DNA from: an uncultured virus (IMG/VR IMGVR_UViG_3300011242_000004)
Taxonomy: Duplodnaviria > Heunggongvirae > Uroviricota > Caudoviricetes
Virus record (IMG/VR): IMGVR_UViG_3300011242_000004
Length of the DNA stretch: 64,000 nucleotides
Direction: 5' to 3' (one strand)
Of the stretch, positions 56,973 to 64,000 are shown one piece after another (the stretch's first letter is position 1; every line of letters starts with the position of its first letter). The translations under genes and the position numbers were made by a program. A model generated the notes under the pieces. It was not told where the DNA came from and searched no databases. It saw only the letters and a list, made by a program, of their open reading frames with translations.

Positions 56973-58943
56973 ATGTCTAACACTACTAACACTGCTATCT
57001 ACAACGTCGCTACAGAAGCTGAAATCGCAAATTCTGTCGGCTTGCCAGAAATGTCAATGGAAGAAGCACGCTCATTGGCAATCAACGTCTTAAACAGCTC
57101 AATGGTGTTGGTTTCATCACAGGAAGCACGTAAGTTTGTCATGGCAGATAAAGAATCTGCACTTAAGCAAGTAGTTCTTCTCACGCAACAAAAGCTTCGT
57201 CTCAAATTCGGACCAAAGATGGACTTCTTCCACGGCGAAGTGGAAAAGGATATTGAATGGTTCCGTGCAACAGCTGACGAGTTGATTGCAAAAGGTGAGT
57301 TGCGTCTCATTCAAGATGTTGATTCTGACATCTTCATGTGGACTGAGAAAGCCCACAAGTTCACGTTCCAAATCTTCAAAGGGAAACGTTTCCGTACGTC
57401 TCAGTTGATTGTCAAACTTCAGAATGAAGTCACTTTCCGTGATGTTCACAATGAAGCACTTGCTCGTGCAGAAGCACATGAGACACAGTACAAAAGCAAT
57501 AAAATGCCGTTGCAACGTCCGGCTTATATTGCGGCTCAAAAAGGAGAAGAAGGTGTTCGTGTTGCACATCGTCATTCTTCAGTGCAATTGGCAACAGACT
57601 TCGCTGGTTTCATTCTTGAAGAGTTGAAAGTCAAGAAAGCAAGTCTTAAACGTTCAATGAACATGTTGAATGATTTCATTGCTTTGAAAGACCGTTTTGA
57701 AATCTCTGACGATGAGCGTGCACGCTTGTCAGCAGAAGCTAGCACGTTGCTTTCTACTGCTAAAGTAGGGCTTGATGAAATTCAGTTGGAACGTGACAGC
57801 TATAATGAACGTGCACAAATCTTCATGGGTATGAAAACTGTCCATGATACGCATGACTTCAAAGTATTTGTGGCCAACGAGAAAGCGGCTGGTCGCAAAG
57901 TCAACATGGACAAAGCAAAACAACACTTTGCTCTTCCAGTTGGGAAAGTGCTTTGGAAACAAGCGACAGAGGGGATGCGCAACTCTGCTCGTCGTAAAGC
58001 GATGACAACGGCTGAGCTTGACCGTCTTGCTGAGATGAATCTATCTTATACGCAAGAAATGAAAGCACAGACGCTTCAAACTGCTCAGAAACTTGAGAAA
58101 GAGTTGAAGATGTCAAATGCAACGATGAAATTGGCTATCATTGCCTATATCGATGCATACAACGCTGATAAAGAAGGTTTGGGCGGTCTCGCTTCAATGT
58201 GGGATACGTTCGAAGAAGGATTGTTGATGGCATTGGACGCAATGGCTACTCAAGGCCCTCTCGTTGAGTACAAACCATCTTCAGCAGAATTGTCGTTCTT
58301 CTTTGAACCTGCCATGAACGATATTACGACTATTGAGAAAGCGCATGCTGAATTAACAGCAATGAAAGTTCTCAACAAAGACGTTAATATCGTTACTGTT
58401 GATGGCGAAGTCGGCCTTCAACTTGATGCTGGTTTCTTCCCACTTGAAAAGCAAGAAAAGAAACTCAAGTGGTTGCCAGCAGGTCGTGACTATGTAGCAA
58501 AAGTAACACGCTACAAAAACACGGTCAAAACAGGGATTGCGATGGGGCTCTCAGATATCCGTGCCATCAATGTGCCTGAAGAAGAAGTGCAAGAAGCAGT
58601 CGTCGACCAAGTTGTCGATGGTTACACTGCTGATGCGGATTACGATTGGGCGCAAGAGCCAGCGCCTGATTATATCGATGGTCTTTTCTTCGATAACTAC
58701 GAAGAAGAAACTGTTGAAGCACCACAGCCTGTTGTTCTTGCTCCAACGGAAATCATCGTTGCGACGTTAGAACGTAATACTGTTGAAGCTGTTCTTTCTC
58801 AACAGTATGAAATGGCAGTATCACCGCTTGGTACGCAAGTCTTCATGCTTCATAACGGACAGCGTATCTTGTCGTTCACGACGGATGTTCAATTGTCTTC
58901 GCTTGACGGTATGCGTCACGATGGCACGAACTTCGTCATCTGA
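56973..58943 (+). CDS. Hypothetical 656-aa protein, possibly the C-terminal part/second subunit of the RNA polymerase
   Basis: RPAYI...HSSV and AYIDAY...SMWDTFEEGL resemble RdRP/YonO C-terminal motifs missing from the upstream ORF. Confidence 0.5.
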   Translation: MSNTTNTAIYNVATEAEIANSVGLPEMSMEEARSLAINVLNSSMVLVSSQEARKFVMADKESALKQVVLLTQQKLRLKFGPKMDFFHGEVEKDIEWFRATADELIAKGELRLIQDVDSDIFMWTEKAHKFTFQIFKGKRFRTSQLIVKLQNEVTFRDVHNEALARAEAHETQYKSNKMPLQRPAYIAAQKGEEGVRVAHRHSSVQLATDFAGFILEELKVKKASLKRSMNMLNDFIALKDRFEISDDERARLSAEASTLLSTAKVGLDEIQLERDSYNERAQIFMGMKTVHDTHDFKVFVANEKAAGRKVNMDKAKQHFALPVGKVLWKQATEGMRNSARRKAMTTAELDRLAEMNLSYTQEMKAQTLQTAQKLEKELKMSNATMKLAIIAYIDAYNADKEGLGGLASMWDTFEEGLLMALDAMATQGPLVEYKPSSAELSFFFEPAMNDITTIEKAHAELTAMKVLNKDVNIVTVDGEVGLQLDAGFFPLEKQEKKLKWLPAGRDYVAKVTRYKNTVKTGIAMGLSDIRAINVPEEEVQEAVVDQVVDGYTADADYDWAQEPAPDYIDGLFFDNYEEETVEAPQPVVLAPTEIIVATLERNTVEAVLSQQYEMAVSPLGTQVFMLHNGQRILSFTTDVQLSSLDGMRHDGTNFVI

Positions 58944-58949
58944 TTTAGG

Positions 58950-58980
58950 AAGGCCCTCTTCGGAGGGTCTTTTGTTTTGT
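58950..58980 (+). terminator. Intrinsic terminator
   Basis: AAGGCCCTC-TTCG-GAGGGTCTT then TTGTTTT. Confidence 0.8.
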
Positions 58981-59021
58981 TGTCTGTCACTCAATCCACA
59001 TACAAAAAGGAGATTATTAAA

Positions 59022-60167
59022 ATGAAAATCCAAAACAAAGTAGCTCGTTATATCAACAACGTCAATGCAACTAACACTTCAGTCCAAATCAACAAAATGG
59101 TGAAGGCCATTGCATTGGCAGAGCGTGAGTTGGAACAAGCACGTCAAATGTTTGCCGATTTCACGGCACCAACTCCACCGGCTCCAAAGAAATCCATTGT
59201 TCATTCTTCTAAAGGAACAATGACAACACAGTCTGAAGTTCATGCGCTTCTCATGGACACAGATAAAACAGTTGTAGCCGTTAAAGAAGCAGTCAAAGAA
59301 GAACCTGTGTACAAAGGTTTGGATTTGACACCGGCTCCAGCTACTCCTGAACCAACGGAGTACAAAGGCTTAGATTTATCCGCTCCAACTCCTGAGCCTG
59401 AGTATAAAGGACTTGATTTAACACCGGCTCCTAAACCAGCACCATTGGCGAAGGAAGTCCGGGAGAACATGGCAAAACCAGCACCAAAACCTGTACAACA
59501 GCCAGTCAATTCGAAGGCTGGTTTCTTGTCAGGCCCTGCTGAGTCTTCCAACGTGTTGAACAGTGCTATGCCAAGTCATAAGCACGACACGCTTAAATAC
59601 GTCGAGAAGCTGAAGAAGTTTATCTTCTCTGGCATCATGAAACTTGCAGAAGCAGGGATTCGTGAGATTCGTGTCGCTGAGTTCTATGGCGTCGAATTGT
59701 TGACAGCGCTCGTCTGGCCTAGCGTGCTTGCGAAGTGTCCAGACATGGAGCTCATTCTCTATACAAATGAGAATAAGAGCTTCAAGCAATACAAGACGGA
59801 AGAGTACGAGGCGACGTTCAAGATTCATTCGCCATACCGTCTGCAACAAGACTTGCGTCGACTGGCTAATAAAGTCGTTAAAGTCGAAGGCAATGCCTTT
59901 GCAGTACGCCGTGCTGTAGCAAAAGATACAGCCGGTTATGTGCGTATCTCTCCATTTGGTTTGGAGGATATCACGACATCGTTATTCAGCAACAAGACGC
60001 TACGGGTGAACATTTGCCCATGGACGCTTGCTGTTGAAGTCGGTGGTGATTTACCTGCCCTCTCTCTTGCGGGAGATGGTGGGGATTACCGTCCACGCCA
60101 AATGGTAGCGGACGAAAAGTTGTTAGCGGCGGACACGTCAGACTATAAGGGCCTGACTCTTTCATAA
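59022..60167 (+). CDS. Protein with Pro-rich YKGLDL repeats and a C-terminal YpsA/SLOG-like domain
   Basis: KLAEAGIREIR...YGVELLTA...KCPDMELILY resembles YpsA/DUF1273; AAGGAG RBS before ATG 59022. Confidence 0.55.
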   Translation: MKIQNKVARYINNVNATNTSVQINKMVKAIALAERELEQARQMFADFTAPTPPAPKKSIVHSSKGTMTTQSEVHALLMDTDKTVVAVKEAVKEEPVYKGLDLTPAPATPEPTEYKGLDLSAPTPEPEYKGLDLTPAPKPAPLAKEVRENMAKPAPKPVQQPVNSKAGFLSGPAESSNVLNSAMPSHKHDTLKYVEKLKKFIFSGIMKLAEAGIREIRVAEFYGVELLTALVWPSVLAKCPDMELILYTNENKSFKQYKTEEYEATFKIHSPYRLQQDLRRLANKVVKVEGNAFAVRRAVAKDTAGYVRISPFGLEDITTSLFSNKTLRVNICPWTLAVEVGGDLPALSLAGDGGDYRPRQMVADEKLLAADTSDYKGLTLS

Positions 60168-60281
60168 GAGCCGGGCTTTTGCTTAACGTTGGCTATCAGG
60201 CCTTCGGCTAGGGGTTTTAACCCCTTACAACCGGAGGCTTCCAGCCTTCTCTTGCGGTATCACTACTAGAAAGGAGTGACG

Positions 60282-60518
60282 ATGATGTCACGAGAATTTA
60301 TTGTTTCTTTGTTACGCTTAGTATTACCGTACCCATTACACTGGTACGAAAGTAAGTCCTTGCACCAATTGAACGGAATCTACACGGAATACCGGGGAGC
60401 CATTTCCCGGAAACGTGTACAGTTGGCATTTGAAGCCGATGACCGCCGTTTAAAAGAAAAACTGAAGAAAACACCATTCGTTCCTCCGAAAGAGGACAAT
60501 GGGTTGCCCTTCTTTTAG
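60282..60518 (+). CDS. Hypothetical protein
   Basis: AAGGAG RBS; acidic-aromatic C-terminus EDNGLPFF. Confidence 0.6.
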   Translation: MMSREFIVSLLRLVLPYPLHWYESKSLHQLNGIYTEYRGAISRKRVQLAFEADDRRLKEKLKKTPFVPPKEDNGLPFF

Positions 60519-60565
60519 GGCAAGTTCAAAAACAAAGGGCGGAGGACTCCGTCCTTCTTTTGTTG

Positions 60566-60931
60566 ATTCAATGAGGGGAACTTGATTCCAACCAACAGCT
60601 CAACTGGTCCTTCGGGATAGAGCCTTCACACCTCATTGAATTGCACCAACATGCAGGTGAAGGTTCTCGCTTTCCCCCTACTGTCCAGTGGGGGGTTGCG
60701 TCATGAGAGCGGTGAACACTTCCGTCTTTGGACATATCCAGCGCTACCCTGATGGGTTCTGGAGAAAAGACGGTCGTATTACTTCCTACTTGGTAGGAGC
60801 ACGACATCAGGTCTCCTTTTTGTCCTACCGGATAGGGGATTCGTATTCTATGCGTCGCACAGGGGTGTGCAAAGTCATAGATAGTAGGTGTTATGTAGCG
60901 CGGAGGCTTACCCAACCTCCGGCACATAGCA
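60566..60931 (+). ncRNA. Candidate structured ncRNA (unclassified)
   Basis: Nearly continuous helices, including two interleaved 11-bp stems; no ORF with an RBS; G-U pairs and a UUCG loop favour the + strand. Confidence 0.6.
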
Positions 60932-61004
60932 AATACATAGTTAGAAGGCGGAGGCCTCCGGGCCTTCTTCTCTTGATTCTATTACATGCAAAGGGGAGAT
61001 TGAC

Positions 61005-61283
61005 ATGAAAGAAATGAAACTCACGCAATTGGACGAAAGTAAAGCACGTAAGCTTTTACCTGAAGAAATAGCGGAACTCGATAACGCTGTTGAGAATCAT
61101 CAAACGATATCGGAACTCAAAGTCATGCATTCGAATGCTGGGTATTATCTAGGGCATACGATTGACCAAGAAATTGATGGTCAAGTATTTGAAATGCCTT
61201 GGGACCGCGTGACCGACTACTATAAAACGAAAGAAAAAGCGGAGCAAGCGCTTCGGTTCGAACAACTGCATCAACAAGACTAA
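61005..61283 (+). CDS. Conserved-looking phage hypothetical protein
   Basis: VMHSNAGYYLG...PWDRVTDYY..KEKAEQAL; GGGGAG RBS. Confidence 0.7.
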   Translation: MKEMKLTQLDESKARKLLPEEIAELDNAVENHQTISELKVMHSNAGYYLGHTIDQEIDGQVFEMPWDRVTDYYKTKEKAEQALRFEQLHQQD

Positions 61284-61345
61284 AAGCGGAGGGCTCCGGC
61301 CCTTCTTTCTTTGATTACAACTTTATATGAAAAGGAGCGATTCAC

Positions 61346-61675
61346 ATGTATGAACAAATTGAACGGGAAGTCGAAATGGACAAATTCTTCCGTCGGGGGA
61401 AATACTCAACGAACGTTAACCCGGCGACTGGTGAATTCATCGAGCAACCAGTACTTTCAGCGGATAAGCCTCACCGCTGTCATGTCATCAAACGGCTATG
61501 CCCGAAAATGACGATGAACACGGATATGGCTACCATCACGCAAGATGTGAAGTTGGCTTATCAAGGAAAACAGTTTTGGCATACGATTGAACTTGAGACA
61601 TGTAAACGGGAAGATGTTGCTCGTGTGTATCAACAACATGCTCAACGTTGGCGCCTAGAGGAGGAAAGCAAATGA
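61346..61675 (+). CDS. Hypothetical protein
   Basis: AAGGAG RBS. Confidence 0.65.
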   Translation: MYEQIEREVEMDKFFRRGKYSTNVNPATGEFIEQPVLSADKPHRCHVIKRLCPKMTMNTDMATITQDVKLAYQGKQFWHTIELETCKREDVARVYQQHAQRWRLEEESK

Positions 61676-61851
61676 ACGACCAATTGCTTTTCTTCATGAT
61701 GGCATCCATGTATCTCGTCTTTTGTGCGTACGTTGTTGGTATCGCGTATATCGCGCGGTACCTTCTGCTTCGTAATCATTTCAAGTTAGCCTTCTCTAGT
61801 TTCTTCGTCGGTGTCGGCGGTCTTATCTTCGTTTTAAATACATTATTCTAA
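61672..61851 (+). CDS. Small membrane protein (2 TM)
   Basis: Two hydrophobic helices; GAGGAGG RBS; ATGA overlap. Confidence 0.6.
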   Translation: MNDQLLFFMMASMYLVFCAYVVGIAYIARYLLLRNHFKLAFSSFFVGVGGLIFVLNTLF

Positions 61852-61862
61852 GGGAGCGATTC

Positions 61863-62051
61863 ATGATGAAAAAGGTTGGTAAAGTATTACTTAAAGGTGC
61901 GATTCTCTATACGTTTGCGATGTATGTCGCCGCCATTAACATCGTCGCTGAAAAACGGAAGACCGACGCTCAGATTGATAAGCTCACGAAACAATACGAA
62001 GCAAGCCAAGCTGGTTTTAAAAAGACACTTAAACAATTGGGGGCTATCTAA
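61863..62051 (+). CDS. Small protein with N-terminal hydrophobic helix
   Basis: GGGAG RBS. Confidence 0.6.
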   Translation: MMKKVGKVLLKGAILYTFAMYVAAINIVAEKRKTDAQIDKLTKQYEASQAGFKKTLKQLGAI

Positions 62052-62326
62052 TGAAATACTTTGATATGCATTATAGTATTATTGTAGACCGTCCGCTCGT
62101 TGCTGTTTTGCTTAAAAATGGTCAGCGCGGGGTATTCGTTAATAACAATATCTCGTGCATTAACGACTTCGATTTCGAGAAGCGTGTCCTCAGCCGTCGT
62201 TCGATTGCCGGGAACGTCGATACACGCTACAAGTCTCTTGATGAGGCCGTCGCGGAATATAATGAATCATGTATTGAAAGCAAACGTATCATTTCATTCG
62301 ATATCCTAGAGGAGGCAACAGCATGA
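62051..62326 (+). CDS. Hypothetical protein
   Basis: TAATG coupling to the upstream gene. Confidence 0.6.
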   Translation: MKYFDMHYSIIVDRPLVAVLLKNGQRGVFVNNNISCINDFDFEKRVLSRRSIAGNVDTRYKSLDEAVAEYNESCIESKRIISFDILEEATA

Positions 62327-62610
62327 ACACTATCATCCAACCTACTACTACGATTAAACCTCTCCGTCATGAAGATACGACGGAGACACGCAACTATATC
62401 AACATCTATAAAGATGGTGTCCTCTATGAGGGCATCACCGCGATTCGTCAAACGTCTTTTGATAATAATGGACATCGTCTTTATGAAGTCTCAGTTGACC
62501 CGGAGAAAAAGGTCTTTTACAAACTTCCGTATAGCTTCGATATTCCCTATGAGTTCGAAGGCAAGGACTTAAACATGATGATTACGCACGCACGGTTTAA
62601 ACAACACTGA
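62323..62610 (+). CDS. Hypothetical protein
   Basis: GAGGAGG RBS; ATGA overlap. Confidence 0.6.
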   Translation: MNTIIQPTTTIKPLRHEDTTETRNYINIYKDGVLYEGITAIRQTSFDNNGHRLYEVSVDPEKKVFYKLPYSFDIPYEFEGKDLNMMITHARFKQH

Positions 62611-62634
62611 GGGCCTTCGGGCTCTCTTTTTTTT
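62609..62634 (+). terminator. Intrinsic terminator
   Basis: GAGGGCC-TTCG-GGCTCTC then T8. Confidence 0.8.
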
Positions 62635-62685
62635 ATGGACACACATCTCCAGTGGGAACACACATTCAGAAGGGAGACATATCCA

Positions 62686-62886
62686 ATGTCTACAGTCAGT
62701 CTTATTGCCAACCTCATTATTTTTCTCTCCACCCTCTACACCTTATTCTTTTATATTCGTGCCCGTCGGGTTGTATCAACACATGGAGAAACAGATGCGC
62801 GCGTTCGCACTCTCCGTGAAACCAAGAACTACTTCATGATTTGTATCTCTTATTCTGTATTAGTCATTGTGCTTCAGTTCTTTTAA
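62686..62886 (+). CDS. Small membrane protein
   Basis: Two hydrophobic segments; AGGGAG RBS. Confidence 0.55.
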   Translation: MSTVSLIANLIIFLSTLYTLFFYIRARRVVSTHGETDARVRTLRETKNYFMICISYSVLVIVLQFF

Positions 62887-62970
62887 AAGATAAAAGGCGG
62901 AGGCCTCCGGCCCTCTTTTCATGATTCTCAGCGTCTGTAGCCATTCACCTTATAGAAAGGAAGATTATCC

Positions 62971-63276
62971 ATGGAAGAACAAATCTACGCCTATCAGCAC
63001 ATCCTTAGACACACATCCAAGTTCGATGAAATCACTGTCGGGTTAGCCTCTGTCGTCAACGGACTCGTCAATGACCTCATTGCCAAGAATCAGGACTTCA
63101 TTCGTATGAACAGTGAACAGCGGTTGTATTCAGCTATTGCCAAAGCTCGTATCTTAGAAATGCAATTGGCATACACGATTGATTACAGTCATACGCCGTT
63201 GCTTCCAGAGATTCTTCCGCTCGACCCTATCAAGGTCAATGCGCTACAGGAAGAATACGAAGCCCAGTTCCAATAA
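62971..63276 (+). CDS. Hypothetical protein
   Basis: AAAGGA RBS. Confidence 0.6.
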   Translation: MEEQIYAYQHILRHTSKFDEITVGLASVVNGLVNDLIAKNQDFIRMNSEQRLYSAIAKARILEMQLAYTIDYSHTPLLPEILPLDPIKVNALQEEYEAQFQ

Positions 63277-63317
63277 GAGCCTTCCGGCTCTTACATACCT
63301 TAAAGGAGGAGATACTA

Positions 63318-63716
63318 ATGAATGCTTCAAACCGTCTGTTTCATTTAGCACAAGATGCTCTCACCAAACAAAAAGTCAGCGAGAGAGCCTACTCGATTGC
63401 ACAAGACTTCATCAAACAAGCAGAGTGGTATGCAAGTAGAGGAGATGACAGTACCGCCTTTATTTGTGACGAAGAACAGAACTTCAGTGGCTCTCTAACT
63501 GAAATTAAAGAGTTGTTGTCTGAAGTCCGAAAAGTTCTTTCCAACGAAGGATTCAAGACGACTTCCTACATGCACCCTTCTATTATGCAACCGGTCTTGC
63601 GAATACATTGGGCGCAACCGAAAGAAAACAGTACATTCGTTATACATGCGGAAACTAAAGATGGAGTAGAAGCCATCCACCATATGCTTAAGTTTTTACC
63701 TGAACTAATCAACTAA
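63318..63716 (+). CDS. Hypothetical protein (paralog of the next gene)
   Basis: AGGAGGAGATACTAATG start. Confidence 0.65.
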   Translation: MNASNRLFHLAQDALTKQKVSERAYSIAQDFIKQAEWYASRGDDSTAFICDEEQNFSGSLTEIKELLSEVRKVLSNEGFKTTSYMHPSIMQPVLRIHWAQPKENSTFVIHAETKDGVEAIHHMLKFLPELIN

Positions 63717-63732
63717 ACAGGAGGAGATACTA

Positions 63733-64000
63733 ATGAAAAACGCACAGATGATGTACAAACTCGCGCAGGAAGCGAAAGCAGAAGAAAAACGGGCAGAGGT
63801 CATCAACGCCATCACATTCAAAATCGGTGATATCATCCAAAGCCACGCGAAGAAAGGATTCACGGACATCCGCATCTCCACAGACAACATGGGCTTTAAC
63901 CACGACTTCATGTTGAACATGAACAACGTCCACGAACTCATGGCTCATATCAGACAGTTCGGATACGAGGTCCGTCTTCTGTTGATGGCAGACACCAACG
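63733..64000 (+). CDS. Hypothetical protein (partial)
   Basis: Manual translation MKNAQMMYKLAQEAKAEE...; same AGGAGGAGATACTAATG start; not in the ORF track. Confidence 0.65.
   Translation, partial: MKNAQMMYKLAQEAKAEEKRAEVINAITFKIGDIIQSHAKKGFTDIRISTDNMGFNHDFMLNMNNVHELMAHIRQFGYEVRLLLMADTN

Larger units (their letters stand above)
60534..62927 (+). promoter_or_regulatory. Recurrent intergenic hairpin motif AA(G)GCGGAGGNCTCCG..CC(T/C)TCTT....TGATT (4 copies: 60534, 60944, 61282, 62892)
   Basis: Directly visible near-identical copies at gene or RNA boundaries. Confidence 0.7.

Noticed and set aside
60566..60931. tmRNA, RNase P, tRNA or group II intron identity for the structured RNA
   Set aside because: No T-loop/CCA acceptor stem, no GAGGAAAGUCC, no domain V consensus seen.
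60568..61008. ORFs 60688-61008 (+) and 60568-60927 (-)
   Set aside because: No RBS, atypical composition, and they overlap dense RNA helices; a ncRNA is the better explanation.

Overview
This window is a 64-kb piece of a large contractile-tailed (myovirus-type) phage or prophage of a Bacillota-like host (strong GGAGG RBSs). The minus strand (1-51854) carries the late/morphogenesis region. In transcription order it holds a putative small terminase, Gly/Ala-rich virion proteins, TerL (an intein in Walker A and a group I intron in Walker B), a metallophosphoesterase, a portal-MuF fusion, protease/scaffold, decoration protein, major capsid, neck proteins, two sheath and three tube paralogs, two chaperones, three giant (>2000 aa) virion proteins, cell-wall hydrolases and baseplate genes. 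The plus strand (52291-64000) is an early-type region. Highlights: (i) two two-barrel (DxDGD) RNA polymerases, one a 2.5-kaa virion-type protein with an N-terminal DEDDh exonuclease, the other a YonO/RdRP-like enzyme that may be split over two genes; (ii) an unannotated, highly paired ~370-nt candidate ncRNA with possible pseudoknots, bracketed by a recurring hairpin motif; (iii) an intron ORF that reads through the ribozyme core; (iv) a palindromic CTATATAG array near the strand switch; (v) apparent avoidance of GATC, CCWGG and GCWGC. All family calls come from motif recognition by eye; no searches were run.
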